Shown here in pieces: positions 51,824-64,000 of a stretch of DNA of 64,000 nucleotides; position 1 is the stretch's first letter; each line of letters opens with the position of its first letter. The stretch lies in assembly GCA_951406725.2 (NCBI GenBank), contig OX597814.1, forward strand, positions 74,400,001-74,464,000, given 5' to 3'. The translations under genes and the position numbers were made by a program. The stretch is from Octopus vulgaris (Eukaryota). The notes beneath the pieces were generated by a model, which was given only the letters and a program-made list of their open reading frames with translations, was not told the origin of the DNA and ran no database searches.

Positions 51824-54800
51824 ATATGAGTGACAATGAAGAAACAAAATATTGTGAATAACAGTGGTAATGAAACTGAAGCCATTGATGGTGACAGTGT
51901 TGCACCCGGTAGGTTCAGAGATTCTGGTCCGACTCCAGCCTGTCGATATCCAGAAAGGACCACCACACACGGCATAGATGGAGCAAGTAAATTGATGCTG
52001 TGGTCATGGAGTGTTACTACCTGAGCAACCCGGTAGATGCAAATGGTGCTCAAATTAGGGGTTACCGTCAACGTATGTATGATCATTGGCGGGAACAGGG
52101 ATTGTTTCAACTCACGGAACAGAGACTATGTGATCAAGCTAGAGCAATAAGAAAAAATCGTTTGTTCACAGCTCGAAGCTATCAAAAGACGGGTCTTGGA
52201 AAATAGCAGCAGAAATAACGATGAAAATGCAGTTCTTACTAATAAGAGTAATCTCATAGCACAGGAAAGGAGCTGTTGTAGTTTACTTGATGAGAGACAT
52301 ATAGATGATCTAAAAGAAGACAATAAAACTAGTTGCAACATGACAGATGAATAAAAGGCAATCTACGACAGAATAAAGGCAAGACTACAAGAGAACGATA
52401 GCGACATTATTTGCAACCATAAAAAGGTTGATCGATGGAAATTGAACCAAGAAACGGAATATGTCAATGAAATTCTGAAATACATCAGAACAAACAGCAT
52501 CACAGAAACAAATAATTTGATCAAGGCAGCACGTATTGTTGTAGCAGAAAACGTGGGTGTTGATGTCAAGAAAAAGAAATATAATGGGAGTGACAAAAGA
52601 AAAGATCCATGGTGGAAAATAAAAATACAGGCAGGGTTAGATATGTTCTCGAAGGAAATTTCTGTGTTAGACCGAAAAGAGAAAGGGGAGCTTAAAAGCG
52701 AACAAAAATACAGGGCGCTGAAAAGGAAGTGTAATATTGAAAGAAAGGGCCTGGAAGTGGTAATGGAGGAACTGAAACAGCGCCAAGTTGCAAAGAAAGC
52801 AAAGATGGTAAGATACGACCAAAGAATGAAGGGTTACCACCAGAATAGGTTATTCAGAGTAGATCAGAAGAGATTCTATAAAGAAATAAATGGAGAGTGT
52901 ACAGATGAAAAGTTGATACCTGATAACAATGAAAGTCAATGGAGCAAAGACAAAGAGCACAAGAAGGATGCTGAATGGTTACAAAAACTGAAACAGACAG
53001 TAGTCTGCCCCAAACAGGCAGAACTAGTGATTTCACTTAGGGAAGGGAAGGAAATCAGAAAAAAAAATGAGTAACCGGAAGGCCCCGGGACCAGATGGAG
53101 TTCAAGGCTACTGGATCAAAAGATTTGGTGAATGTCATGCACGAAGAGCTGCACAACTCAACACCTTGTTAAATGCTGACCAAGTAACACCAGAGCTTTT
53201 GACATTGGGTAGGACAGTTCTGTGCTTGAAAAACATCGAAAAAGGCAATACGCTAGACAATTACGGGCTGATATCCTGTTTGCCACTTATGTGGAAGTTA
53301 TTGACTGGAATACTCGCAGAGTCAATGTACGAATATCTGGAAAAAAATGGAGTTCTGCCACATGAGCAGAAGAGTTGCAAGCATAAGCGCAGAGGTACCA
53401 ATGATTAACTCCTGATAGACAAAACTGTACTTAGAGACTGCAAGAGGAGGAAAAGTAATTTAGCCATGCCATGGATCGACTATCGTAAGGTATACGATGT
53501 GATCCCACATTCTTGGATTATGGAGTGTATGAACCTATTTGGTATTGCATCGAATGTTGGGCGATTGTTTGGAAAAAGTATGGCGAATTGGAGGACGGTC
53601 TGACAGCATACAGAAGAAGTTTAGGGACAGTAGAAATTAGGAGGGGCACCTTCCAAGGGGACTGCCTGTCTCCACTGATCTTTGTACTGTGTTTGATACT
53701 ACTAACACTAATTCTGAGGAAAGCAAAAGCTGGGTATGTATTCAAAAGCCGCCAGTAAAAAGTCAACCATTTGTTATTCATGAATGACCTCAAACTTTAT
53801 GGTAAAGATGAAGCCCAAGCCAGTTTCCTCGTTGATACGGTGTATACCTTCAGTGCTGATATCAGAATGGAGTTTGGACTGAGAAAGTATTGTATGTTAG
53901 TCTTGAAGAGAGGCAAAATCAAATGTATGGACGGGCTAACGATACCGTCGGGGGAGGTTATGAAGTAGATAGAAGAGACGGCCTATAAGTATGTTGGGGA
54001 TTTTGGAAATGGATAAATTGATGGAGAAAGAAATGACTGAAAAATTTAAGGTGGAGTACTTGCGCAGACTGAGACTAGTCCTTAAGTTGGAATTAAACGG
54101 ACGGAATAAGATCGAAGCTATCAACACCTGGGCGGTTTCACTCCTTAGATATGGAGCAAGGGTAATCGCATGGACAGTAGACGAACTAAACAGCTTGGAT
54201 AGAAAGACATAGAAGTTGCTAACTAGAAACGGGACTCTCCACCCAAAAAGTGACACAGACAGACTGTATGTAGCAAGAAAAAGAGGGGGAAAGAGGACTT
54301 ATTGGATGCGAACACAGCATTAGAGCAGAGGAAAACAACATAGCATGGTGTGTAAAAAATGTCACAGAACCGCTGTTATTAGAAGAAGGTCAGGCTTGTG
54401 TAGGATGAAAGATTGCTAAGATAAAGCATTGTACAAGAAATTGAAAACGAATGAAACTGAAATTAGGTTGAAAAAGAAAAGAATGCATGGACAATTCTAT
54501 AGGGATGTTGAAGATAAGACAGACAGAGAAAAAAGATGGCTGTGGATGACTAAAAGTGATTTAAAACCGGAAATGGAGGCTCTAATCTGTGCTGCCCAAG
54601 AGCAAACTACATAAAATACAGAATAGACAACAAATCAGAAAGTGATAAGTGCAGAATCTGTGGGCAAAATGGTGAAACCGTATGGCATATTGCCATCCAA
54701 TGTACGCCACTAGCCCAGAAAGAATATAAGAGACGCCACGACAATATAGCCAGGCTTGTCCATTGGACACTTTGCAACAAGTATGGACTTGACAGAGCAA

Positions 54801-55290
54801 AAAATTGGTACGACCACAAACCCGAAGGCATCATCGAGAATGATAATGCAAAAATCCTATGGGATTTTATCATTCAGTGCGACCATGAGATAGAGAATTA
54901 GGAACTCAGACATTGTCTTAATTGAGAAAGAAAGCAAACTATGCTAGATCATAGATATAGCATGCCCAGCTGACAACAAGGTATGCGATAAGGAAGAAAG
55001 AAAAGTCGATAGATATAACATGTTAGCTTGGGAGGTTAAGAAGTTATGGTCGCTGAAAAAGGTGCTAGTAGTACCAATAATTGTCGGAGCCTTTGGAACT
55101 GTGAGTAAAAATCATGGAACAAATAGGGGCTGCAATAAGGGTTGAGCACTTGCAGAAAACAGCACTGTTTAGAACCTCTCGAATACTCCGGATTGTGCTC
55201 GAAAAATAAGAGGTGTTACCTTAGTTCACTGGTAGTGAACAGCTGACACCGTAGTACATCCCCAGCGTTAGAAGCTGTGCAAAGACAATA
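51824..55290 (+). mobile_element. Near full-length, degenerate R4/Dong-type LINE (family 2)
   Basis: VMECYY...GYRQRM...TEQRLCDQARAI N-terminus; KAPGPDG, FQGDCLSP, LFMNDLKLY, CRICG...HI, IIDIACP, PIIVGA; followed by (AAT)n. Confidence 0.9.
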
Positions 55291-55292
55291 AC

Positions 55293-55328
<36 letters not shown>

Positions 55329-55339
55329 TTAATAATAAT

Positions 55340-55394
<55 letters not shown>

Positions 55395-55396
<2 letters not shown>

Positions 55397-57681
55397 CTTT
55401 AACAACATACTAGCAGAGCCAGAGACAATGCCTGAATGGCTCACGAAGGGGAAAACCATCTTAATTCCCAAATCAAATGAAACAGCAAAACCAGAAAACT
55501 ACAGACCAATAACCTGCCTCCCTACTATGTTCAAGGCATTTACTGCAGTGATATCGCAAAGGCTGAACAAGCACCTGGACGAAAAGAAACTGTTCCCAGA
55601 AGAGCAGAAAGGATGCCGTAAAGGCTCATATGGCTGTAAAGATCAACTAATGATTAATAAAGCCATAACTGAAGACAGCCACAGAAAGAAGAAAGGCCTC
55701 AGTATGGCCTGGATTGACTACAAAAAGGCGTTTGATAGCATCCCCCACACATGGATCCTCGAAACACTAGCCATTAACAAAGTAGCACCAACAATCATAA
55801 AATTCATAGAGCACTCTATGAATAAATGGCAAACAGTCCTACACCTCCAAACAAAAGAGGGACTCATGAAAACCAAAGACATCCCCATTAGAAGAGGAAT
55901 ATTCCAGGGAGACACGCTCTCTCCACTCTTTTTCTGCTTGGCACTGTCACCTCTATCTGATATACTAAATAGAACTGGATGCGGATATAAATGTTACGGC
56001 AAAACGATCAGCCACCTTTTATATATGGATGACCTAAAACTATACGCTGCAAATGACAAACAGCTGGAAACACTATTAAAGACAGTTCATGGATTTACCA
56101 AAGAAATAGATATGAAATTTGGATTAGAAAAATGCGCCAAAGTAACCATGAAAAGAGGAAAACTAGTTAAGAGTAACAACATCACACTAGATAAAACCAA
56201 TGAAATAAAAGAATTAGACCAAAGCCAAACTTACAAATACTTAGGAATCCATGAACTAGATAAGACACAACATACACAAATGAAAGAGAAAATAAAATAA
56301 GAATATTATAGACGAGTTAGATCAATACTAAAAACAGAGCTCAATGCTAAAAACAAGATAATAGGTATCAACACTTAAGCTGTCCCAGTTATAAGTTACA
56401 GCTACAATATCCTTAACTGGACACGAAATGAACTGACCAAAATAGATAGGAAAACAAGAAAAATAATGACAGGATCTAGGATGCATCACCCAAAATCTGA
56501 CATAGAAAGACTACATATACAACGTATAGAACGTGGTAGAGGCCTTATACAGCTGGAAAACTACTATAAAATAACCACCATAGGACTGCAAAAATATCTA
56601 CTTCAGAAGGAAGGAAAACTGATCCAGATAGCGGCAAAACACGAGCAAAACAAAAACCTGTTCTCAGTATTTAAGGAAGCTGACAAATACAAACAAGAAA
56701 TCATACCACCTAATAAACATGAAGAAGAAGAAGAAGAAGAAGATGAAGAAACAACAAAAGCTATAAAACAAATGAAATCCAAACTAAAAATAGAACAGCA
56801 ACGAACCATGATAAAACGATGGCAGGAAAAGCCCCTTCATGGTAAATACTGGACTAAACTAAACGCCAAAGAAATAGACAAAGAAAAATCCCAGCAATGG
56901 TTGAGAAGCTCAGGACTCAAAGCAGAAACAGAGGGATTTTTAATTGCAGCACAAGACCAAAGCCTCCCCACCAGAAATTACCAAAAACATGTAATGAAAA
57001 GAAATATTACAAGTAACTGCAGAATATGTGGAGATGGACAAGAAACAATAAATCATATTATCTCTAGCTGCCCAGTCCTGGTTAAGAAGGAATATATTCA
57101 CAGACATGACAAAGTTGGAACCTACATACATTGGAAGCTATGCCAACATTATGGAATAACAACAGAAAAAAGATGGTATAGGCACATGCCAGAAAAGGTC
57201 ACAGAAAACGAGAAAGCAACCATACTCTGGGATATGCCGATACACACAGATAGAGAAATTAAGGCCAACAGACCAGATATAGTTGTCAGAGATCATGGAG
57301 AAAAAAAATGCTTTCTAATTGATGTATCAATACCGGCAGATGACAACTTGTCTCTAAAAGAAATGGAGAAACTCTCAAAATACAAAGACCTGGAAACAGA
57401 GGTAACTAGAATGTGGAATCTGAAAACAGAAACAATTCCTATCATAGTAGGTGCATTAGGCATGATAAAAAAATATTCAGACAAATACATAACAAAAACA
57501 CCAGGACTTACAAACACATATAACATACAGAAAATTGCACTACTAGGCACTGCACACATCCTACGCAGAACACTTTCCATACAATAACCATCAGAGCATC
57601 ACAACAAATCACAGCACATACCCAAGGCACACAGAGCTGCGCTCGGTAGTGAAGTGAAAGCACGCTTTAAAAATAAAACTA

Positions 57682-57686
<5 letters not shown>
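55395..57686 (+). mobile_element. Young 5'-truncated R4/Dong-type LINE (family 1): RT, CCHC and RLE
   Basis: NYRPITCLP, WIDYKKAFDS, IFQGDTLSP, LYMDDLKLY, CRICG..ETINHIISSC, RPDIVV; one frame 55428-57587 broken only by two TAA stops; embedded in (AAT)n on both sides. Confidence 0.95.
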
Positions 57687-57750
<64 letters not shown>

Positions 57751-57751
<1 letters not shown>

Positions 57752-58660
57752 TGCTCTCTATACAGCCCGAGTAAACTCAAACAATAACCTCATGGTACAA
57801 ACTTACTTCTCATGGAGAAATTTAGTTGGCTCTGAAGTACACAGATATATAGATGCAAATAAACTAAGTAATTTACGTAGTGACATCATTAAGAATAAAA
57901 GGTTGACTGATGCCGAAATTAGCCAGATTAGGGTGTAAATATTTCATGGTAGACCAAATGAAAATAGTAACAATGCAGATGAAATAGGTGCAGAAGCAAG
58001 CACAGAACCCAGTGTACGAGCAGTACATCCCATCGAGGAAGCTGAAGAAAGGATAGCGAAGAACAGATAAGCGGAAAAAGAGGTGAAAGTAGACCTACCT
58101 CAAGAACTCTCAGATAGATCTTAAGTAAAAAGGGAAATGACCTAACAACCTTAAATAACATCATCTATTCCACTGCTAAACTAAGTATCAGGACGACAGA
58201 GAAAAGGATCAACCATGTCAATAGACCTCCTAAGTGGAAAGTAGCAATGCAAAAAGAGATCGAATCTCCGCGGGTGGATTGTATCAGTTCTCGATGAACT
58301 TGCTAGAAGAGTAAATGCTAAGATGAAACGAGCTAGAAAAATCAAGCAAAAATATAAAATCAAAGATTTTATAAACTTCCCTGCAACCGGGAACATGTCT
58401 CAGCACTTCCTAAAAGATCCTCACATCCATATTAACTGACAGAATACACGCTTTACTTGAACAGAGATCTATCCTTCCACAAGCTCATAAAGGCTGTAAA
58501 AAGAATTCTTATGGTGCAAAGATCAATTACTCACAAGTAAAATGATTGTAGAGAATTATCGGAGCAAAAAGAACCTGAGTATGGCTTGGAGAGACTACAG
58601 GAAAGCGTTTAATAGTGTCCCACAAAACTGGATACTCAAGGCCCTTGAGATATATTAGAT
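57751..58660 (+). mobile_element. Third, highly degenerate and internally deleted R4/Dong-type fragment
   Basis: Remnants PPKWK, SYGAKDQL, NLSMAWRDYRKAFNSVPQNWILKAL; begins directly after (AAT)n. Confidence 0.6.
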
Positions 58661-58805
58661 CTGTTTTGGAGATCTGTTCGTCGACGGTCGATTGAACTCG
58701 GAACCATGTGGTTGGAAAGCAAGCTTCTTACCACACAGCTACGTCGGTGCGAATATATATATATTGGTATCTACGAATAGTAGTACCCTCATTATAATAT
58801 AAAAA

Positions 58806-58836
<31 letters not shown>

Positions 58837-58873
58837 CACAGACACACACACACACACACACATATATATATGT

Positions 58874-58923
<50 letters not shown>

Positions 58924-59001
58924 TTTATTCTTTTACTTGTTTCAGTCATTGACTGTGGCGATGCTGGAACACCACCTTAAGTTGAACAAAACAACCACGT
59001 C

Positions 59002-59094
<93 letters not shown>

Positions 59095-59172
59095 TGCGTG
59101 TGTGTATGTGTATGTATACATATATATACATACATACGTACATATAATATATATATATACATATATATATAC

Positions 59173-59219
<47 letters not shown>

Positions 59220-59230
59220 CATACATACAT

Positions 59231-59272
<42 letters not shown>

Positions 59273-59289
59273 TGTTTGAATCAGAGTCC

Positions 59290-60180
59290 TCTTGTACATC
59301 AAGATGGGAACGAAACGTATACTTCTTCGGCTTAATTGATATATTTAATCAAGATAATATTCCCCCTCGTTTTTGATAGCATAATCTCATCTATTTGGCA
59401 AATTGCAGATCTCTCTGGCGTTTCGAAGCAAGGAAACACTCAATATCATTTTTAATCTCTTCATAATTAATTAATTGTTTTCCTTCGAAATAATGTTGCA
59501 ACTATCTAAAAAGATAATAGTCAGATGGAGCAAAGTTAGGGGATGGGGCAAAGCTTTCATACTTAGTGTCAAAATCATTCCTCAGTGACTTAGGCAACAT
59601 GTCATCTTGCATTATCATCTAAAAACTCCCCTCCTTTACGATTGATCAATAATGGGCGCTTTTTCTGCAAGTTTTTGTGACAATAATACTTCGTATTAAT
59701 TGTTTAATTTCCGTTTCACATTTCTTGATAGAAATTCTGGTTTTGGGGATGGATTCTCAATTTTCATTGGGGGTTAACCATTGTCGTTTTCATTGGATAA
59801 GATTATAGAGGAGTCACTTTTCATCATTTGTGATGATTCAATCCAGAAAAGGTTCGGTTGTAAGTTTATACTTCAATGCTGAGCAGAAGCTAAGCTTTGA
59901 TTAATCAGTCAGATGGTGAGGGACTGGCTCACCAAGTCCAGGCACTTTTCTTAGTTCACGAAAATGTTTTATGATCGAAGTGTTATTTGAATCGAACTGT
60001 TTTGCTAATCCTCATGCAGTTTGGTTTTGATTTTCTTCAGCTAAGGCTTTTAGAAGCTCAATATTGACAGGACTTGCTTTTCAGATCGAAGGAAATCTAT
60101 GAGAGAAAAAATTTTCAAGCAGAACTAGCCAAATCATAATTGGTATGTCTGGATACTTAAAATTTCATTTCCATAGACAG
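59290..60180 (-). mobile_element. Degenerate mariner
   Basis: Minus-strand SPNFAPSDYYLF near 59510-59545 and DDNA-like motif near 59610. Confidence 0.6.
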
Positions 60181-60453
60181 AACGAATATTTCTTGCTGCT
60201 TCCATTGCTGAAGATCTTTTGAATTCATACAATAAGTAGTGATTGATATGGCTCTGATCTGAATAATTTTAAACGGGCAAAATCGATTCAAATTTAACCA
60301 CACTATGGTATGAAGTAATCTGCGAAGAAATAAACTCTATTTGAATGCAACAATTAATGCTTGTTTTACTGTTACTATTGAAAATGTACCCTCAAAGTAA
60401 TCATGTCAAAAATTCGACAAGACCTTCTCTTTCTCTCTTTCTCACTCTCTCTC

Positions 60454-60538
60454 GCACGCACGCACATGCGCGCACACACATGCGCGCACACACATGCGCG
60501 CACACACATGCGCGCACACACATGCGCGCACACACATG
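60454..60538 (+). repeat. 16-bp tandem repeat (cacatgcgcgcacaca)n
   Basis: About five copies, strictly alternating purine/pyrimidine. Confidence 0.9.
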
Positions 60539-61263
60539 CTATAAAGAAATATCAGTATCAGAATCAAACTAAATCAAGAAACACTTGCCAGAGCCCCAAA
60601 ATATAAACGAAGACATCAAAAGAAGAGGAAAAAGCAATAGGAAACGCTTACAAGCAGTCTATATATTTTATCTGCAAAGTGTTTGCTAGCAAGGAGAAGA
60701 TGGAGCAAACTCTCGTCTAGCTTTGCCACAGTTGCACCAAACAAAGCAATACTTTCTCTCACAAATAACACGAGAAAAAAAAAAAGAGTCGTCAAAGAAG
60801 ATGCCTAGTATCTGTTCCTAAAAAAAATTAAAATGCAGATGTAGTGCGTACCATTCCGAAGAACTAAGTCTATTCAAATGTAATAAAAAAGGCAACAGCT
60901 GAATGGTTGTAAATTTTTAGCATAGAACAAAAGATTGTCTGGAACTGACCTCGCTACATCAAATTCAAATTTAGAGCCATGCTCACCGACATACGAAGGT
61001 TCAAAGTGCTAGCCGCTGATACTTGTGCAAATGTCACACCTGTTCTTTTATTAAATGTGAAAGGATTGTCACAACTTAATAACAAAACCCAAATTCCTTA
61101 GTTGAAAGACCTTACATGCAATTATCTTCTATACGTAGTGCTCGCTAAAACGCATCTAACACCTAATAAAGTTGATGCAGAGATAAATATACCAAAGCAT
61201 ATTGCATTATGAACCAACAGGAAAGAAAGGAATCATAGCTATAACCAACAGCTATATTATATA

Positions 61264-61298
<35 letters not shown>

Positions 61299-61319
61299 CA
61301 TGTATGTGTGTGTGCGTAT

Positions 61320-62046
61320 GAAAACGCTTGTGTTTAGCAGTTGATGTGTGCTTCTTCGAGTGGTGTGTGCACATGTATATGTGTGTGTGACTCTATAGTG
61401 TGCATGTATATTGTGTATGCTTGTGTGCGAAAGTTGTATGTGTTTACGCGTGTTGCCTGTGTGTGTGTATTGTCTGTTCAGGCGTTTTGTGTATTATGTG
61501 TACTTTTTGGAGTGAATACTGTGTTGTGGGAAAATGCATAGAAGTGTAAGGTGGGGCAGGGGTGGTGAGAGATAGGGGTTGGGAGGTTGAATAGGGGTGA
61601 GAGAGGTGGGATAGGGGTGAGGGAGGTGAGATAGGAGTGAGGGAGGTGGTTACTGGGAGTTGGAAGGTGTGTATGTGTGTAATGTGAGTGCTGAGTTGAA
61701 CAGTGTGTATGGGTGTTTGTATAGTGGTGTGCGCGGTGAGTGTACCGAGTTAGGCGGTGTGCAGGTGTGTGAGTGGAGGTGAAGGTGGGAGGTGTGTGGG
61801 AATCTGTGTGGGGTTGATATTAGATGAAGAGAGGTAGCGAATTGAGGCCATAGGTAGCAAAGGAATGAATGCAAAAGGTTAATTCTTGTTCACAACGAAG
61901 ACAGGACTTCAGTTGGCCCCTGTGCAAAGACAGTCAGAACACAGATGTTGTAGCGAATGACCAGTGGAGTGGCGAAAGACCGGGGTGTCATTGCCGAGTC
62001 TGATGCCTCAGAAATGTTCAGTGACCGGTCGACCAAGCGGCGTTCC
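61320..62046 (-). mobile_element. Penelope-like 3' fragment (GIY-YIG C-terminus and low-complexity 3' region)
   Basis: RRLVDR..EH...NDTPVFRH.TGHS...YGLN pattern on the minus strand. Confidence 0.55.
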
Positions 62047-62096
62047 GTTTGACCTATGTACAGGGAGTTTTATATATATATATGCGCGCGCACAAG

Positions 62097-62184
<88 letters not shown>

Positions 62185-62188
62185 CACA

Positions 62189-62489
62189 TGTTATAACGTA
62201 GATAATCGTAACCAATTATTGTAGTGTCATCACTATTTATGACGATACTTGTTTACTCTATAATCGTGTAGTAACAATAAAATATTTTACGAAACAGGAT
62301 AACGTAACAATCCAATAAACTGTCCACGAACTATACACGAACCAACAAACGATATTCCGAAAAACTACCAAAACGACACCTTACAACTTCTTGCGATTAA
62401 CGCCTGCTCTGTTTCAATCAAACCGCTACTATTTATAGTCGTTCGGTCAAGTTTATTCTCGTAGGGGTGTCGTGACTCTCGCCGCAACA
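62189..62489 (-). mobile_element. 3' LTR of a Gypsy element (301 bp)
   Basis: Minus strand TGTTGCGG...TATAACA, immediately preceded by PPT AAAAGGGGAGA (62490-62500). Confidence 0.85.
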
Positions 62490-62534
62490 TCTCCCCTTTT
62501 GAGATTTCGACTTCCGTAGGAAATGAAATTTATT

Positions 62535-62912
62535 TTATTACTTCTTTCTTAGCGAAGGGGGAGGTATTGTTTTCAGTCGTGTTTGTTTGTTTGCTGGTTT
62601 ATTCGTAGACAAGATATCTCAAGAACCGCTGGATGGATTCGGATCAAACTTTCAGGGATGTTTGGCTTCATGACTGGCACGAACGGATTAGATTTTGGGA
62701 TCGATCCGGTACCGAACAAGGATTCTGGATTATTTTTCCGTTTTTTTTAAACTTAATTTTTAAGAGCGGTCGGGTTCATTTTTAGTATTATCGTTTACGA
62801 GAGCAGTCGAGTTTATTTCAAATATTCTCATTTTAAAAATAATTTCTGGCTAATCATTGAGAGGACGTTGGTGTTGCCCTGGCGGAGCTTTGCGCTCTCT
62901 GAGTGCTCTTAA
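62535..62912. mobile_element. Helentron-like non-autonomous element inserted in the Gypsy 3' region
   Basis: ggaggtattgttttc...(gttt)n...gatatctcaagaacc...ggcggagctttgcgctctctgagtgc 3' hairpin end. Confidence 0.6.
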
Positions 62913-62914
62913 TA

Positions 62915-64000
62915 TTATTATTTTTCCTTTCTTTCCAACAACTCCTCCTTTTAGAAATTTTGCTCCCTTGAGGAGTTCAGTACCTTTTCCGCTTAGGAAT
63001 TATTTCTAAATGTTCAGTCTATTCATATTTTCTGTTACTGCTCCTTCTAGGCTCAACCTCTTTCAGTGCTGGCACATCGAACATGTCGTAAAACACTTCC
63101 ATTGGAATTTGCTTCCTTTCTTCTGTATGTCTGATTTTTAATTGATTTAGATGACATTAATGCTCCCATCATTGGCCTTTTATAAAATACATCATGTTTC
63201 TAATTCTTTTAGTCACTACACCATCCTGCCAACTTTCTTTACCGTTCTTGTATACTTTGAAATGGACTTTGTCACCGACATCAAAATGTTTAGTCGAATT
63301 TTTTGTATTTTCTCTATACGTTTTTTCCTTTGGCAACAATTTCTCGAAGATCAATTTAATCTTTCGAGCAAACATTAGCTCTGCAGGCAACTTGGCTCGA
63401 CTGGTATTCGGATTGAGCGTTATTCTGTACACCCTTAAGAATTTAGTTAGCACTTCGTCATTTCCTAACTTGTTACTTGTTTTTTTAAGCGCTCGCTTGA
63501 AAGTATCTACGAATCGTTCTACTTGCCTATTTGACATCGGGTGGTAAGGCGGGGTAAACATGTGCTTGATTGCATTTTGCAAAATTTCTTGAATTAGTAT
63601 CTTGTAAATTGTGTTCCATTGTCCAATACTATGGTGTCCAGAACACTGTATCGAACGAAAAGTTCATGCAGGTACTTTATTGTTGCCTTCAGGGTAGGTT
63701 GACTGCACCTACATACTTCCGGCCACTTGATAAAGCTATCAACAAAGATCAAGCAGTACGTGTCATTCACTGGTCCAGCGTAGTCTATATGTACCCTGGA
63801 CCACGGATTATCTGTCTCAGGCTACGATTGGTATTTGACCGGTGGTACCTTGGCTGCTAGCGCACAACCTCTACATGATTTTGCCAAAATTTTCAATGTC
63901 CCGGTCTATTGTCGGCGAGTACACGTACCTCCTCATCAAAGTTTTCATTCTTGACATCCCCGGGTGTCCACTATGAAATTCATGTAATATCCGTTTCTGT
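62915..64000 (-). mobile_element. Gypsy LTR retrotransposon integrase region, degenerate, continuing beyond the window
   Basis: FHSGHPGMSRMK...C..C zinc finger, IDYAGP, DNGTQF, PPYHPMSN..VERFVDTFK, PAELMF. Confidence 0.9.

Overview
AT-rich, microsatellite- and transposon-dense animal genomic DNA. The SINE, LINE and (TA/CA/TACA)n landscape looks like a coleoid cephalopod (Octopus-like); this is inferred from pattern only. Two host genes are supported, both on the minus strand: the first two coding exons of a PRPF39 homologue (10908-10962 and 6276-6385, phase-compatible; the gene continues off the left edge) and an intronless 408-aa Speedy/RINGO CDK-activator ORF (22584-23810). The rest is mostly mobile DNA: an RTE LINE with a PHD-like Cys/His insert, several Penelope-like elements, R4/Dong-type LINEs in (TAA)n tracts, a CRE-like LINE, nested mariners, an IR/DR Tc1, a solo LTR with TSD, a Gypsy 3' end, Helentron-like elements, MITEs and tRNA-SINEs. 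The most unusual signal is a Penelope-derived 3' module that places a tRNA-like (Pol III A/B box) segment upstream of a minimal hammerhead ribozyme. It also occurs as a ~440-bp inverted-repeat mini-element. All calls are by eye; no searches were run.
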